Shown here: piece by piece, positions 19,470 to 28,626 of the stretch
How the letters are laid out: the number at the start of each line of letters is the position of its first letter
How positions within the stretch are numbered: position 1 is the first letter of the stretch
Virus record (IMG/VR): IMGVR_UViG_3300037047_000121
Strand: one strand, 5' to 3'
Length of the DNA: 64,000 nt
Source: a virus
The notes under the pieces: generated by a model
Database searches by the model: none
The model's input: only the letters and a program-made list of their open reading frames with translations
What the model was told of the DNA's origin: nothing
Position numbers and translations under genes: made by a program

Positions 19470-19691
19470 ATGAACGTTTACACAGTGACCGTTAGATATC
19501 GGTTTCTTGAGTTCGGAGAAGAGCACTTCGCGGTAGTTGCGGAGGACGAGCAGGCGGCCGAATCCAGTGTCCTTCAGGATGTGGGGGAAAACTACCACCC
19601 CCCCAAGGACACGATCATGGTCAAGAAAATCTGTGCTGCATCCTCTGACAGTGTGCCCGCGGTAACCTACTGTGGTGGTCACGTGGAGTAA
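19470..19691 (+). CDS. small protein ending YCGGHVE, paralog of previous gene
   Basis: tandem paralog. Confidence 0.5.
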   Translation: MNVYTVTVRYRFLEFGEEHFAVVAEDEQAAESSVLQDVGENYHPPKDTIMVKKICAASSDSVPAVTYCGGHVE

Positions 19692-19693
19692 AA

Positions 19694-20326
19694 ATGATCG
19701 TTATCACCCTTGCCCGGAAACCCCTCGCGGAGTCCACTGTCGCTCGCAATGTTCTGCACTATGGGACTGGCTCCCTCAACATCGAGGCCAGCAGGATCGG
19801 CGCCCCGTTCCTGTCCGCCGGGGGGAACAATTTTGAGGCATGGCGAGCGGGTGAGAGTCGCGCAGACCGGCCAGCACAACACGGGACGACAACCTCGAAA
19901 GTCCCGAGCGGCCGTTGGCCGACGAATTTCATCCTCGAACATTTCCCGGGGTGCCGCTGCCAAGGCTTGAAACGAGTCCCTGCCAATCAGTCCACCAGAA
20001 TCGGGTCCGGCAAGGGCTCTGCCGAGACGAGTGGGCACATCTTTGGTCATTTCGGGGGGACAGTGAAACCGTCAACCGCGGGGCCAGACGGGCGCGAAAC
20101 GGTCGAAAACTGGATCTGCGCGCCGGGGTGTCCAGTCGCTCAACTGGACGAAGAGTCGATTGCTGGCGGAATGCACGGGGCTGGAACGAAAAGGGAACCC
20201 GGGCTCTCCGTCCAGACAAACGATGGATGCCTCTTCGGTCTGAGCAACTACGAGGGCAACGGGGTACGGTTCGGAGACGCCGGAGGCGCCTCTCGGTTTT
20301 TCAAGCAGTTCCAGTCATGCAAGTGA
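19694..20326 (+). CDS. member 1 of tandem triplicated protein family (210 aa)
   Basis: shared N-terminus MIVITLARKPL..NVL.YGTG.LNI, central RWPTNFILEH, C-terminal AARFFKQ. Confidence 0.6.
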   Translation: MIVITLARKPLAESTVARNVLHYGTGSLNIEASRIGAPFLSAGGNNFEAWRAGESRADRPAQHGTTTSKVPSGRWPTNFILEHFPGCRCQGLKRVPANQSTRIGSGKGSAETSGHIFGHFGGTVKPSTAGPDGRETVENWICAPGCPVAQLDEESIAGGMHGAGTKREPGLSVQTNDGCLFGLSNYEGNGVRFGDAGGASRFFKQFQSCK

Positions 20327-20796
20327 TCACCGTTGCGAGAAAACCGATCGACCAACCGACGATCACCGAAAATGTTCTACACTGGAACACAGGCGCCTTG
20401 AACATCGACGGATGTCGTGTCCCCTGTGAAGGTGGAAGCCCTACCGCCCGCATGAGAGAGAAACTCAACCCAGTAGACAACCTGAGCTATGGGAAAAGGG
20501 GGACGTTCCGAGCAACCTATCAAGTCCCGAAACCCGGCGAGACGCTCGGCAGGTTCCCATCCAATTTCATCCTTGAGCACACAGCGGATTGCACACCGGA
20601 GGTCTGTAGTTCGGAGTGCCCGGTGTTCGCTCTGGGGGTCCAGAGCGGAGTCACTCAATCTGTCGTGACAGAGAAAAATGGCGACAACTTGCCTGGGGTG
20701 ACGTATACACTTGGGAACAGGAACAACATCCGAGTAACCGGGTTCCTCGACAAAGGAACTGCCGCGCGGTTTTTCAAACAGGTGAGAAGAGACTGA
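20326..20796 (+). CDS. member 2 of tandem triplicated protein family (156 aa)
   Basis: ATG overlapping upstream stop; same three motifs. Confidence 0.6.
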   Translation: MTVARKPIDQPTITENVLHWNTGALNIDGCRVPCEGGSPTARMREKLNPVDNLSYGKRGTFRATYQVPKPGETLGRFPSNFILEHTADCTPEVCSSECPVFALGVQSGVTQSVVTEKNGDNLPGVTYTLGNRNNIRVTGFLDKGTAARFFKQVRRD

Positions 20797-20799
20797 GCC

Positions 20800-21045
20800 A
20801 TGCCCTTCTACGACTACCAGTGTCAAAAGTGTGGTCATATCTTCGAGGTCTTCCAACACATGGACGACCCCGACCCCCGATGCCCAAGCACCGGCGACAT
20901 CCACGTCCCGGACTGGGATTTTGAGCAAGAGGGTGAGCCGCCCGTGTGCGGCGGACACAGTAGACGGCTCATCTCCCAGACGAACTTCGTTCTGAAGGGC
21001 GACGGGTGGGCTGCTGACGGATACTCCTCCGGAGGCAAACGATGA
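20800..21045 (+). CDS. FmdB-family zinc-ribbon protein
   Basis: N-terminal MPFYDYQCQKCGHIFE matches the FmdB zinc-ribbon signature. Confidence 0.6.
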   Translation: MPFYDYQCQKCGHIFEVFQHMDDPDPRCPSTGDIHVPDWDFEQEGEPPVCGGHSRRLISQTNFVLKGDGWAADGYSSGGKR

Positions 21046-21665
21046 TCGTCATCACAATGGCCCGAAAACCACTCTCAGAGCCTACCGTCGCAGCGAACGT
21101 GACCCTATATGGTACTGGTGCCCTGAACATCGACGGATGTCGGGTCGGTACAAACCCCGGCTACAGCTACCATGCCGATCGGAATGGCACCACTTTCCAC
21201 GGTGAGGTCGGAGATCGGAAATTTCAGTCGGCTGAGAAACGGGGATCGGAACTCATCCAGTCAACCAAAGGTCGTTGGCCTGCCAATTTCATCCTCGAAC
21301 ATCTTCCCGTTTGCATTTTTCTCGGCACACAAGCGACGCCCGGCTACTCCATCAATCGATGGTCAGATGGAATGAAACCATTTGGGGGTGGCGCAGGACA
21401 TACCTACACCCAGGACACACAGGCAAATCTATCGAGTGAGATGTGGGATTGTACCCCCGGTTGTCCTGTGTCAGATCTGGATGCTCAAAGCGGGGATCGG
21501 GTAGCGGGGGGCGCCAGGAAACCAATACACGGGCCTGCTGGTCAGATTTTCATGCACGGTGGGCCTTGTGAGTCCTACGCGGATCAGGGGACGGCGGCAC
21601 GGTTCTTCACACAGGTCAACCGAAAAACATATCGGAGTGCTCCTCCACCGCCAGAAGGCACGTAG
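21042..21665 (+). CDS. member 3 of tandem triplicated protein family (207 aa)
   Basis: ATGA overlap; same three motifs. Confidence 0.6.
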   Translation: MIVITMARKPLSEPTVAANVTLYGTGALNIDGCRVGTNPGYSYHADRNGTTFHGEVGDRKFQSAEKRGSELIQSTKGRWPANFILEHLPVCIFLGTQATPGYSINRWSDGMKPFGGGAGHTYTQDTQANLSSEMWDCTPGCPVSDLDAQSGDRVAGGARKPIHGPAGQIFMHGGPCESYADQGTAARFFTQVNRKTYRSAPPPPEGT

Positions 21666-21881
21666 CTGCCAGTTCCGGGAACTCCTCTACCTCCCGATGT
21701 TCCCGGATGAAATCCAGAACATCGGGGCTCTGCGAGCCTTTCCTCTGAATGAGCCACATCAGTCGTCCCAGCAACCGACGCAACGTCAGATCATCCACTT
21801 GAGTCGACATCTCGGGTGCCTCATCCAAGGGGGGTCCGTTTCCACCCTACCTCTGACCCCTTAGAACATGCAAATCGTCGG

Positions 21882-22067
21882 TTAGAGGCGAACTTGCTTG
21901 CGGAAACGTTGGATTTCTTCCAGATCGAGGTCGGCGTGAACGCGAAACCGCTCCAGTTCCTGGATCAGGTCCTGAAGGAGATCCGCGCCCGGTTCCTTGG
22001 AACCGAGGATGAACAGGCGTTCACTTAGTTCATCCCGGACATCGGATTGGATTTGGGAGATCTTCAT
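21882..22067 (-). CDS. hypothetical small protein
   Basis: ATGA overlap with upstream minus-strand gene. Confidence 0.4.
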   Translation of the reverse strand: MKISQIQSDVRDELSERLFILGSKEPGADLLQDLIQELERFRVHADLDLEEIQRFRKQVRL

Positions 22068-22426
22068 ACCAGCAGAGCCTCCTGTAACGCCACCTCATAG
22101 GCAAAGGGGACGTTCCGAAGATCCCCCTGTGCCACGGGCTGGCATACGGGACACCAGATCGGAGGCCCCTGGGCGAAACGCCGTTCGACCCACTTTTCGA
22201 TGAACCGCATGTCCAGGGGGGATTCCTCTCGTGCCCGGAAAAACACGAGCAGGGTCCTGTGTCCGAGGGCACACTGCACGTGTAGTTCCGTCTTGCTTCG
22301 GTTCTGCACGTACTGCATGAGAGGCAGCCGGGCAACCTTCGCCCGGCTGGCCGTACAAGCCTCCGACCCCGCCTTGGCACGACACGTCTTGCGCTTCGGA
22401 CACCCCGCGTCACATTCCCAATGCAC
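22064..22426 (-). CDS. Cys-rich hypothetical protein (120 aa)
   Basis: GTG start with AAGGGAGG RBS; promoter motif upstream. Confidence 0.5.
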   Translation of the reverse strand: MHWECDAGCPKRKTCRAKAGSEACTASRAKVARLPLMQYVQNRSKTELHVQCALGHRTLLVFFRAREESPLDMRFIEKWVERRFAQGPPIWCPVCQPVAQGDLRNVPFAYEVALQEALLV

Positions 22427-22472
22427 GATGGAAACCTCCCTTTTCGTAGGGTCGTCCCGGTGATACGATACG

Positions 22473-22501
22473 TCCTACTCGAAATGCCTAGGGGATGATC
22501 C
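22473..22501 (-). promoter_or_regulatory. phage bipartite promoter-like motif (reverse orientation)
   Basis: CCTACTC-N12-GGATGATCC on + strand, upstream of the minus-strand gene start 22426. Confidence 0.4.
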
Positions 22502-22516
22502 GGAAAAACCTGGGGG

Positions 22517-22963
22517 TCAGGAAATTTTTAGGAACCAACCCTCAGTCACGACTCCGGGCTTGAGGGTTCGTCGCTCCCCGTCCCTGTGGGCAACGTAGAG
22601 GTCGAAATCCCGAAGGTGGTAGTGGCTGCTGTTGAGGGAACGGACACCGATCAAACCCGCCTTGACCCGTTTCCCGAGCCTCAGCGCCTGAGATTCCGAG
22701 AGCCGCCCCTCAAGCTCAACCGCCCACGACCGATTCCGGCGGAAAATGAACACCTTGGGCTCACCTATCAGCCCCAGCACCTCGGGTTTCAAGTACTCCC
22801 GGGCGTTGCGGTACTCCTCTAGCTCACCCAATTCCGTTGCCAAAGCCTGGACCGGGCTGACAACTACCTCATCCGGCTCCGGCACGTCAAAAAAGTCGAA
22901 GCCCGGCGGAAAACCACCGGAATTCAGGTAACGCTGTGCCAGTTTGCGACTTGCATCCGTCAT
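22517..22963 (-). CDS. hypothetical protein (148 aa)
   Basis: ATGA overlap with stop of metalloprotease-like gene; the listed 200-aa ORF N-terminus is overlap artefact. Confidence 0.5.
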   Translation of the reverse strand: MTDASRKLAQRYLNSGGFPPGFDFFDVPEPDEVVVSPVQALATELGELEEYRNAREYLKPEVLGLIGEPKVFIFRRNRSWAVELEGRLSESQALRLGKRVKAGLIGVRSLNSSHYHLRDFDLYVAHRDGERRTLKPGVVTEGWFLKIS

Positions 22964-24981
22964 GGAAGGCTCTCGAACATCCCCTTGATGTGGCCGAGCA
23001 CGTTCGGGATAGACATGTGTGCAATCAGCGAGAGCGGGATGGTCTTCCACTCCAGTTTGGTGTCCGTTTCTGGATCCAACCAGATAAACATGATAGAGCC
23101 ATCGCGCGTCATGCTGCACTCTAGTTTATACGCTAGATCGTGGAACGTCGCCACAAACCCACTGGCGAATTCCTCCGTCACGAACGACGTGTGCTGTTCT
23201 TTCGCAAACAGTGACACGACCTTCAACAGATAGGCTCGCACGAAACCCATCAGGGTCGGATCCCCGACCTCCGCCATCAAAGCTGCCCTCACGTACCGTT
23301 GTGCAACCCTGGAAACCGTCTTCATGTCGCGCTCCTGTCCCAAACCGTTGAGCGATGCCACTTTCGGATGGCCATAAAGGGCTTTTTCCTTCGCCCCCAG
23401 AGCCCCGATATCCCGCTTGTACCAGCCGTCCCCCTCCCACACGAGATCCTTGCCCTGGAGAACGCGTCTGACCACTTCCTCGTCCACGATGCGACGAACC
23501 CCGGCACCCTCAATGATCTGAGTCGGCTTACCAGAAGCCTCCATGTACCAACCGGGCTTGCGCAACAGGGAGACCGCCTGTTCAACTACCGCACGCTTGG
23601 CCTGAGACGACCCGTCACTACCCATCAGCCCTAGTTTGTTACCAAATCGCGTTCGCTTGTAGGCCAAGAAAGCATCGATGCTGTTGTCTCCGTCGATGTC
23701 ATTGAGCCAGAAGATGTCGTACTTGGTCAACATCTCGGAGAGACTGCCGACGTGTGTCCCGATGGCACCATAAGAGGTGTGGTAAATGTCCCACATCTCT
23801 TGCTGCTGGTCGATGTCGAGATCCCGCGGAAAACCCTCTACCCAGGTCGCCCGAGGAAGATTGACCCGAGCTAGAACGGAACGCAGTGACTCCATCTGGT
23901 CTCTGGTCATGTCGTTTCCCATCACCAAATAGGCCATCGCTTCCGCAAACCCCTCCGCTGGATGCTTCGTGCCGTAATCGGAAACGGCGGGGACACGCCC
24001 CGAAGTCAGCCAGTCCGAAAATCGAGCCCTCTCTGGTTCTCGCATCTCTTTGAACCAGTACCGATGTGCCATCTCATGGGTAATCACCTCCGGAGTACTC
24101 TTGTCCGGATACATATAGACGTAGATGCGATCCTTCGATATATCGTATCGAGCCGCGACCCCTAATCCAGGACCATACTGATTTACCCCCGCCAAACTCT
24201 TAGGCTTGACGAAGATCTCACCCCGCCAGACTTGACCCAAACCCTTTTGTCGCAGCCGATGATAAGCCTCCTTGAAGGCTCGGGTGTACCAGTCTACGAG
24301 CTTGGGTTTGACCTCTGGGTCCTCTATGATGACCTTCACGCCGAACAGGTCGAACTCAGTGTCGATCTCCTCCAGGGCTGGCGGATCCAACTGCACAACC
24401 TTCTCCGCTTCCTGGTAAAGAAAACTCAGCAGATCGTCAAATGGTTTGACCAGTTTTTTCAGATCCTTGCGAAATCCGGACTTCAGGTACTCCTCCGACT
24501 TTTTCTGAGCCTCTAACCACCGTCGTCCGATCCTCTCTAGTGCCGGATATTTTTGGAACAGCGCCTCGTAGTACTGATCATTCGTAGACACATGTGACAA
24601 CTCATCTTCACTCAGGAAAGGAGCTTTCCCTGTTGCCTTTTCGACATCCCGCGCTTTGTCCTGATATTCGCCCAGATAAAACCGAGAGTCTCCTTCAACC
24701 CCAGAGGATCTAAACTCGAACCACTGGACCTTTTTCTCTACAGCTGATAGCAGATCAAGAAACTTCTTGCCCTCATCTGACCACCACTCATGCACATACA
24801 CCCCTTGGTGATGAAACTGAACCTGCTCCCGCAATCGAGACAAAAACACCCGAAACTGTTTCAGGATTGAGTCGTATTGGAGAGCACTTTGGGGCTTGGC
24901 ATTTTGGATCAGATGCATCCACCCACGTCGGATCCCATCAAGCCACTGACGGTCTAGCAGTTTTGCTTGCTTTCTAGTCAT
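22960..24981 (-). CDS. HEXXH zinc-metalloprotease-like protein (673 aa)
   Basis: VITHEMAHRYWF zincin motif; operonic with ligase gene. Confidence 0.65.
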   Translation of the reverse strand: MTRKQAKLLDRQWLDGIRRGWMHLIQNAKPQSALQYDSILKQFRVFLSRLREQVQFHHQGVYVHEWWSDEGKKFLDLLSAVEKKVQWFEFRSSGVEGDSRFYLGEYQDKARDVEKATGKAPFLSEDELSHVSTNDQYYEALFQKYPALERIGRRWLEAQKKSEEYLKSGFRKDLKKLVKPFDDLLSFLYQEAEKVVQLDPPALEEIDTEFDLFGVKVIIEDPEVKPKLVDWYTRAFKEAYHRLRQKGLGQVWRGEIFVKPKSLAGVNQYGPGLGVAARYDISKDRIYVYMYPDKSTPEVITHEMAHRYWFKEMREPERARFSDWLTSGRVPAVSDYGTKHPAEGFAEAMAYLVMGNDMTRDQMESLRSVLARVNLPRATWVEGFPRDLDIDQQQEMWDIYHTSYGAIGTHVGSLSEMLTKYDIFWLNDIDGDNSIDAFLAYKRTRFGNKLGLMGSDGSSQAKRAVVEQAVSLLRKPGWYMEASGKPTQIIEGAGVRRIVDEEVVRRVLQGKDLVWEGDGWYKRDIGALGAKEKALYGHPKVASLNGLGQERDMKTVSRVAQRYVRAALMAEVGDPTLMGFVRAYLLKVVSLFAKEQHTSFVTEEFASGFVATFHDLAYKLECSMTRDGSIMFIWLDPETDTKLEWKTIPLSLIAHMSIPNVLGHIKGMFESLP

Positions 24982-26636
24982 GTCCGGTTCCCGAAGGATG
25001 CCAAATATTTGTGAGCCACCCGTTTGCGGATGTTCTTGATCCCCCGCAGTTCGGGATGCACCCCACCCCAGAGGGACTCCTCGGAGATGGCCTTCTGGAA
25101 TTCCAGATTGATGAACTTGCCAAACACGCCAGTACGCAAGTTCTTGACGACGATGCCCTCAGCCGTCCCGGCTCCGAACGAGGAAAACCGATCCGCGAGC
25201 TTCGGCAGATCCTCGGGGGCCACCGTCCCCTTGAACACTAGCGGAACGAGCGGCGCACCTACCATCTGGCACACGGCCTCTTTCTCACCCCGAGTCAGCC
25301 ACTTGCCGGTACCCTGCCCCTGCCGATACGGAGGACGATCCTCACCCTCCATGATCTCGTACACAACCGTCATGTCCGGCCAACCGGACTCCGAGTAGGG
25401 GACGTTATCATAAGACACCGTGTGCTGGATCCGAAGGGACTCGCAAAAGAAGGTGTATCCGCCGTACAAGATGACCACCGGATGGCCATCGACCTTCTCC
25501 TCGATGACCACCTCACCCTTGAACAAACGCTCCATCTCGGAGTCCTTCAGGTAATCTTTACCCCGAATCCTCAACCCGTACCGATCAATGTCAGCATTCC
25601 CAACAACAACAGTCTCCTGTTTCGTTCGGGGGTCTACATTCCGAGCGATCGGAATCCGCCGGACACCCGTAATCTGCTTGTAACCACGAACGAAGTCGAT
25701 GACCTCGAACGGTTCCCCAGCGTCCACGGCCGTCCTGACGGAGCCAAACCGATGAGCGAAACTGATCTCCATCTCGTTGTCTTTCCGACCGGCCCAGAAA
25801 AGTTTGTACTTGCGAGGAAGACTCTCCTCTAGGAACTCAAGCACCTCGCGGTAAGCGCCCTCCTCGTCGGGACGAGCCGAGAACTGCATCATCCCCGTGC
25901 GACTCACCCAGATCTGGTCCCGAGAGTCCAGTTCCGCCGGGATCCCCAAGTCATCGAGCTTCTTGAGCAGCATCTGCAACCTCTCAAGACGCTCCAGTTC
26001 ATCGTGCATCTTGCGACGCAAGGCTGGATCATCCTCTTTCTGAGCCCTCCAGTCGAGTTCCAGGATGCGGTGCTTGAGGCTTGCCATGTTTGCATACCTG
26101 TTGCTGCCTGTATCAACGACCCAGGCTTGATCCGAGTCAAACAGAACGATCTCGTCGATCCGACTACCCTTCGACACGATGCTGCCAAACCCCCGCGCAT
26201 ACCGAGCACCCGGCGACTCTTTCCGAAGATGATCCGCCAGCAACTCCAACGCTGTCGATTTGTTATCCACCCGACGAACCCCCTTCGACTCCAGTAGCTT
26301 CGGGATCCGGTTCAACTCTTTGGCGAACGCTTTCAGCCCACTCCGCCACTCGTCCGGAGCCATCGCAGTCCGAGTCAAAAGATGCCCATGCTCAGCTAAT
26401 CCAGCCTTGCACACATACCATGGGTCACCAGACACTGGATCATCCCGATCCAAAGCAGGGGTGAGAGAACAATGCACCCACACTGGTGCCCCACCCTTGA
26501 ATTCATACCCCAGCATCTCAACCCGCACGTACCCTCGATCCCTCCACTCAGGCTCAGAGCCAAACGTAGATGCCCACCTCTGAACCAAACGATAAAAAGC
26601 ATCGAGCGCTTTTTGCTTTGTAACACCAAGTCCCAT
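24978..26636 (-). CDS. ATP-dependent RNA/DNA ligase-family nucleotidyltransferase with N-terminal extension
   Basis: motif I EEKVDGHPV (KxDG), motif IV AEGIVVKN, downstream GKFIN; 552 aa. Confidence 0.65.
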   Translation of the reverse strand: MGLGVTKQKALDAFYRLVQRWASTFGSEPEWRDRGYVRVEMLGYEFKGGAPVWVHCSLTPALDRDDPVSGDPWYVCKAGLAEHGHLLTRTAMAPDEWRSGLKAFAKELNRIPKLLESKGVRRVDNKSTALELLADHLRKESPGARYARGFGSIVSKGSRIDEIVLFDSDQAWVVDTGSNRYANMASLKHRILELDWRAQKEDDPALRRKMHDELERLERLQMLLKKLDDLGIPAELDSRDQIWVSRTGMMQFSARPDEEGAYREVLEFLEESLPRKYKLFWAGRKDNEMEISFAHRFGSVRTAVDAGEPFEVIDFVRGYKQITGVRRIPIARNVDPRTKQETVVVGNADIDRYGLRIRGKDYLKDSEMERLFKGEVVIEEKVDGHPVVILYGGYTFFCESLRIQHTVSYDNVPYSESGWPDMTVVYEIMEGEDRPPYRQGQGTGKWLTRGEKEAVCQMVGAPLVPLVFKGTVAPEDLPKLADRFSSFGAGTAEGIVVKNLRTGVFGKFINLEFQKAISEESLWGGVHPELRGIKNIRKRVAHKYLASFGNRT

Positions 26637-26804
26637 AACACACCTCCAAAAAGACGCCTACCCACTACCCACTATCACCTTTCTACCGTATCAGCCGAAA
26701 CTCAGCCGAACCCAATACTTGATTTTCTCCAGCATTTGCGGTATTTCTCTCCCCTGGAGGCACGACACCCCCCGAGAATTCCCCCTCACCCATAGGACAT
26801 CACC

Positions 26805-27314
26805 ATGACGGTAGCAGTAGCCATCCGAGACCCAGAGTCCAAGACCTCCCTGTTGGCCTCCGACCGCCGTACCACCGATGGTTCCCTTATCTGTCCCCCA
26901 TGCAACAAAATTCAGCACTCAGACTTCGCAGCTTGGACAGGAGCCGGGGACTCAGCCGACGTGCTCAAAGCACTCGACATCCTAAGCCAGCATGACCCGA
27001 TCACGTCCGATGCCAAAGCGAAAGAGACCAGCCAAGCCCTCTCCGAGATCGACTCAGATGGGATGGAACTCCTCTATGTCACCCCTACCGATATCTGGTA
27101 TTTCGACAGCGACGGAGTCTACCAAAAACTCATCTCCAACTGCGTAGCCATCGGTGACGGACTCGAATCCGCCCTCGCCATCCTATACGACCATGAATAT
27201 GACATGCCCCCTATAGCCCGAGCCATCCGAGCACTCGAAATCGCCAGCCGCATTTCTAACACATGCGGAGACGGCTACGACCTCGTAACACTTCCCAAAA
27301 ACAAGACCGTTTGA
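26805..27314 (+). CDS. HslV/proteasome-like Ntn-hydrolase peptidase
   Basis: N-terminal MT-VAVAI...DRRTTDG and ISNCVAIGDG / CGDGYD segments align with HslV; Thr at position 2. Confidence 0.6.
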   Translation: MTVAVAIRDPESKTSLLASDRRTTDGSLICPPCNKIQHSDFAAWTGAGDSADVLKALDILSQHDPITSDAKAKETSQALSEIDSDGMELLYVTPTDIWYFDSDGVYQKLISNCVAIGDGLESALAILYDHEYDMPPIARAIRALEIASRISNTCGDGYDLVTLPKNKTV

Positions 27315-27323
27315 GATAGTTCC

Positions 27324-27354
27324 GTGTCCGTTTCCTCCCAGTTGAAACGGACAC
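27324..27354 (+). terminator. perfect 11-bp stem hairpin directly after the hslV-like gene (no U-tract)
   Basis: gtgtccgtttc-ctcccagtt-gaaacggacac. Confidence 0.3.
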
Positions 27355-27932
27355 TAGCTGGGGATCCGCCCCCCGTGAGCCGATCCCTTTCTCACCATTG
27401 TTGAGGGGCTCACTCGGGGGAGAAAAAGGGGCTGAAAAATGCGAGAATCGCGAAAGTGAGCGTAAGGACTAAAGAAATCCAGACGGGGGATTTGGGTGTG
27501 ACGTGGCTTTATCTCAAACCCCCATGGAAAAAGAGGCGAGAGTGGCCGTACTGACAGTACAATCGGGGTGTGTGGGTGTGATGTTAAACGGGGGATTAGG
27601 TGAGGTGAGACATGGAAACCACTGAGATTACAAGAGAAGACATGAGACGGTTAGGTGAGTTATTTCTGGGTCTGGCGGGCGGGAAAGGAGTAAAGAGAAG
27701 TAGGCGGGAGGATACTCCGGCGCGTCGTGCTCGTTTGAAAAGGAATCGAAAGCGGCATCGGTACCTTCAGTGAGGTGGTGAGATGAGTGCTCCGAGGGAT
27801 GACGGGTGTTCCCACTAGGGGGAAAACGTCACTTGAGAATCCGAGAACGTGATTACGCGGAGTTACGAGACTCGGATGTCGGAAATGGGTGGGGTTTGGG
27901 TCTAGGCGGAACACAACGGGGGAGAAATTGAG
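27355..27932. other. about 0.6-kb ORF-free purine-rich structured region (candidate ncRNA or ori)
   Basis: no credible ORF; repeated TTAGGTGAG, GGGTGTG and GAGACATG elements; imperfect hairpin at about 27386-27430. Confidence 0.3.
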
Positions 27933-28121
27933 ATGGGTGAGACATACTTTGTCGTGGTTGTAGTGACACCTGATGGGGCACGGGCGGCTATTTTCTACAC
28001 TGAGGAGGTGGCTCGGAGGGTGTGCTCTCAGGCTGCTGAGGAGTTTGGGGTGGGGAACGTCTCGATGCATCGTCAGTGGCTTCGGGGTCGGGAGGCGTCT
28101 TTCTGGCGGGAGGGTTGCTGA
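27933..28121 (+). CDS. hypothetical small protein
   Basis: ATG with GGGGGAG RBS; TGATG 1-nt overlap with next gene. Confidence 0.4.
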   Translation: MGETYFVVVVVTPDGARAAIFYTEEVARRVCSQAAEEFGVGNVSMHRQWLRGREASFWREGC

Positions 28122-28603
28122 TGTTTGTCCAGACGCTGGGTGAGCTACTGTCTCTGGTAGTTGAGAAAGTTCGGGCTGGTGAGCATGTGGTCAACCTGGG
28201 TCAGCCTGGGACTTGTGGCGTGCTGTGTTACTCATGGGGCGAGGATGAGGCTGAGCGGGTTGAGATGTCTTGGGTGTTTTTCCGGGATGGTCGGTGGGGG
28301 GATCTGAGTCGGGTGCCTGAGTGGTTTGGGGAATCGTGGGAGACTGTGGCGCATTGGTTGGAGACTCCGAGGGGTCGGGATCGGTTGCCCTATCTGGTTC
28401 TGAGTCTCTGCTGTGCTTGTGGGAAACCGATTCCGTTTTTGGACACGATGAGTTTCAGTCACTGGCACTGGCACCCTGAGTGTCTGTTGCGGGGGTTGAA
28501 TGTCATGCGGGTTGATGGGGGTTTTCCGCTGGTGACGATGGAAGAGTTCCGGGAGATCCACAAGGCAGCGTTCGAGTCGAACAAACGCTTTCTTCAGAGA
28601 TGA
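28121..28603 (+). CDS. hypothetical Cys/His-containing protein (160 aa)
   Basis: ATG overlapping upstream stop. Confidence 0.5.
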   Translation: MFVQTLGELLSLVVEKVRAGEHVVNLGQPGTCGVLCYSWGEDEAERVEMSWVFFRDGRWGDLSRVPEWFGESWETVAHWLETPRGRDRLPYLVLSLCCACGKPIPFLDTMSFSHWHWHPECLLRGLNVMRVDGGFPLVTMEEFREIHKAAFESNKRFLQR

Positions 28604-28626
28604 AGAAGGGGAGATGGGATTAGGAG

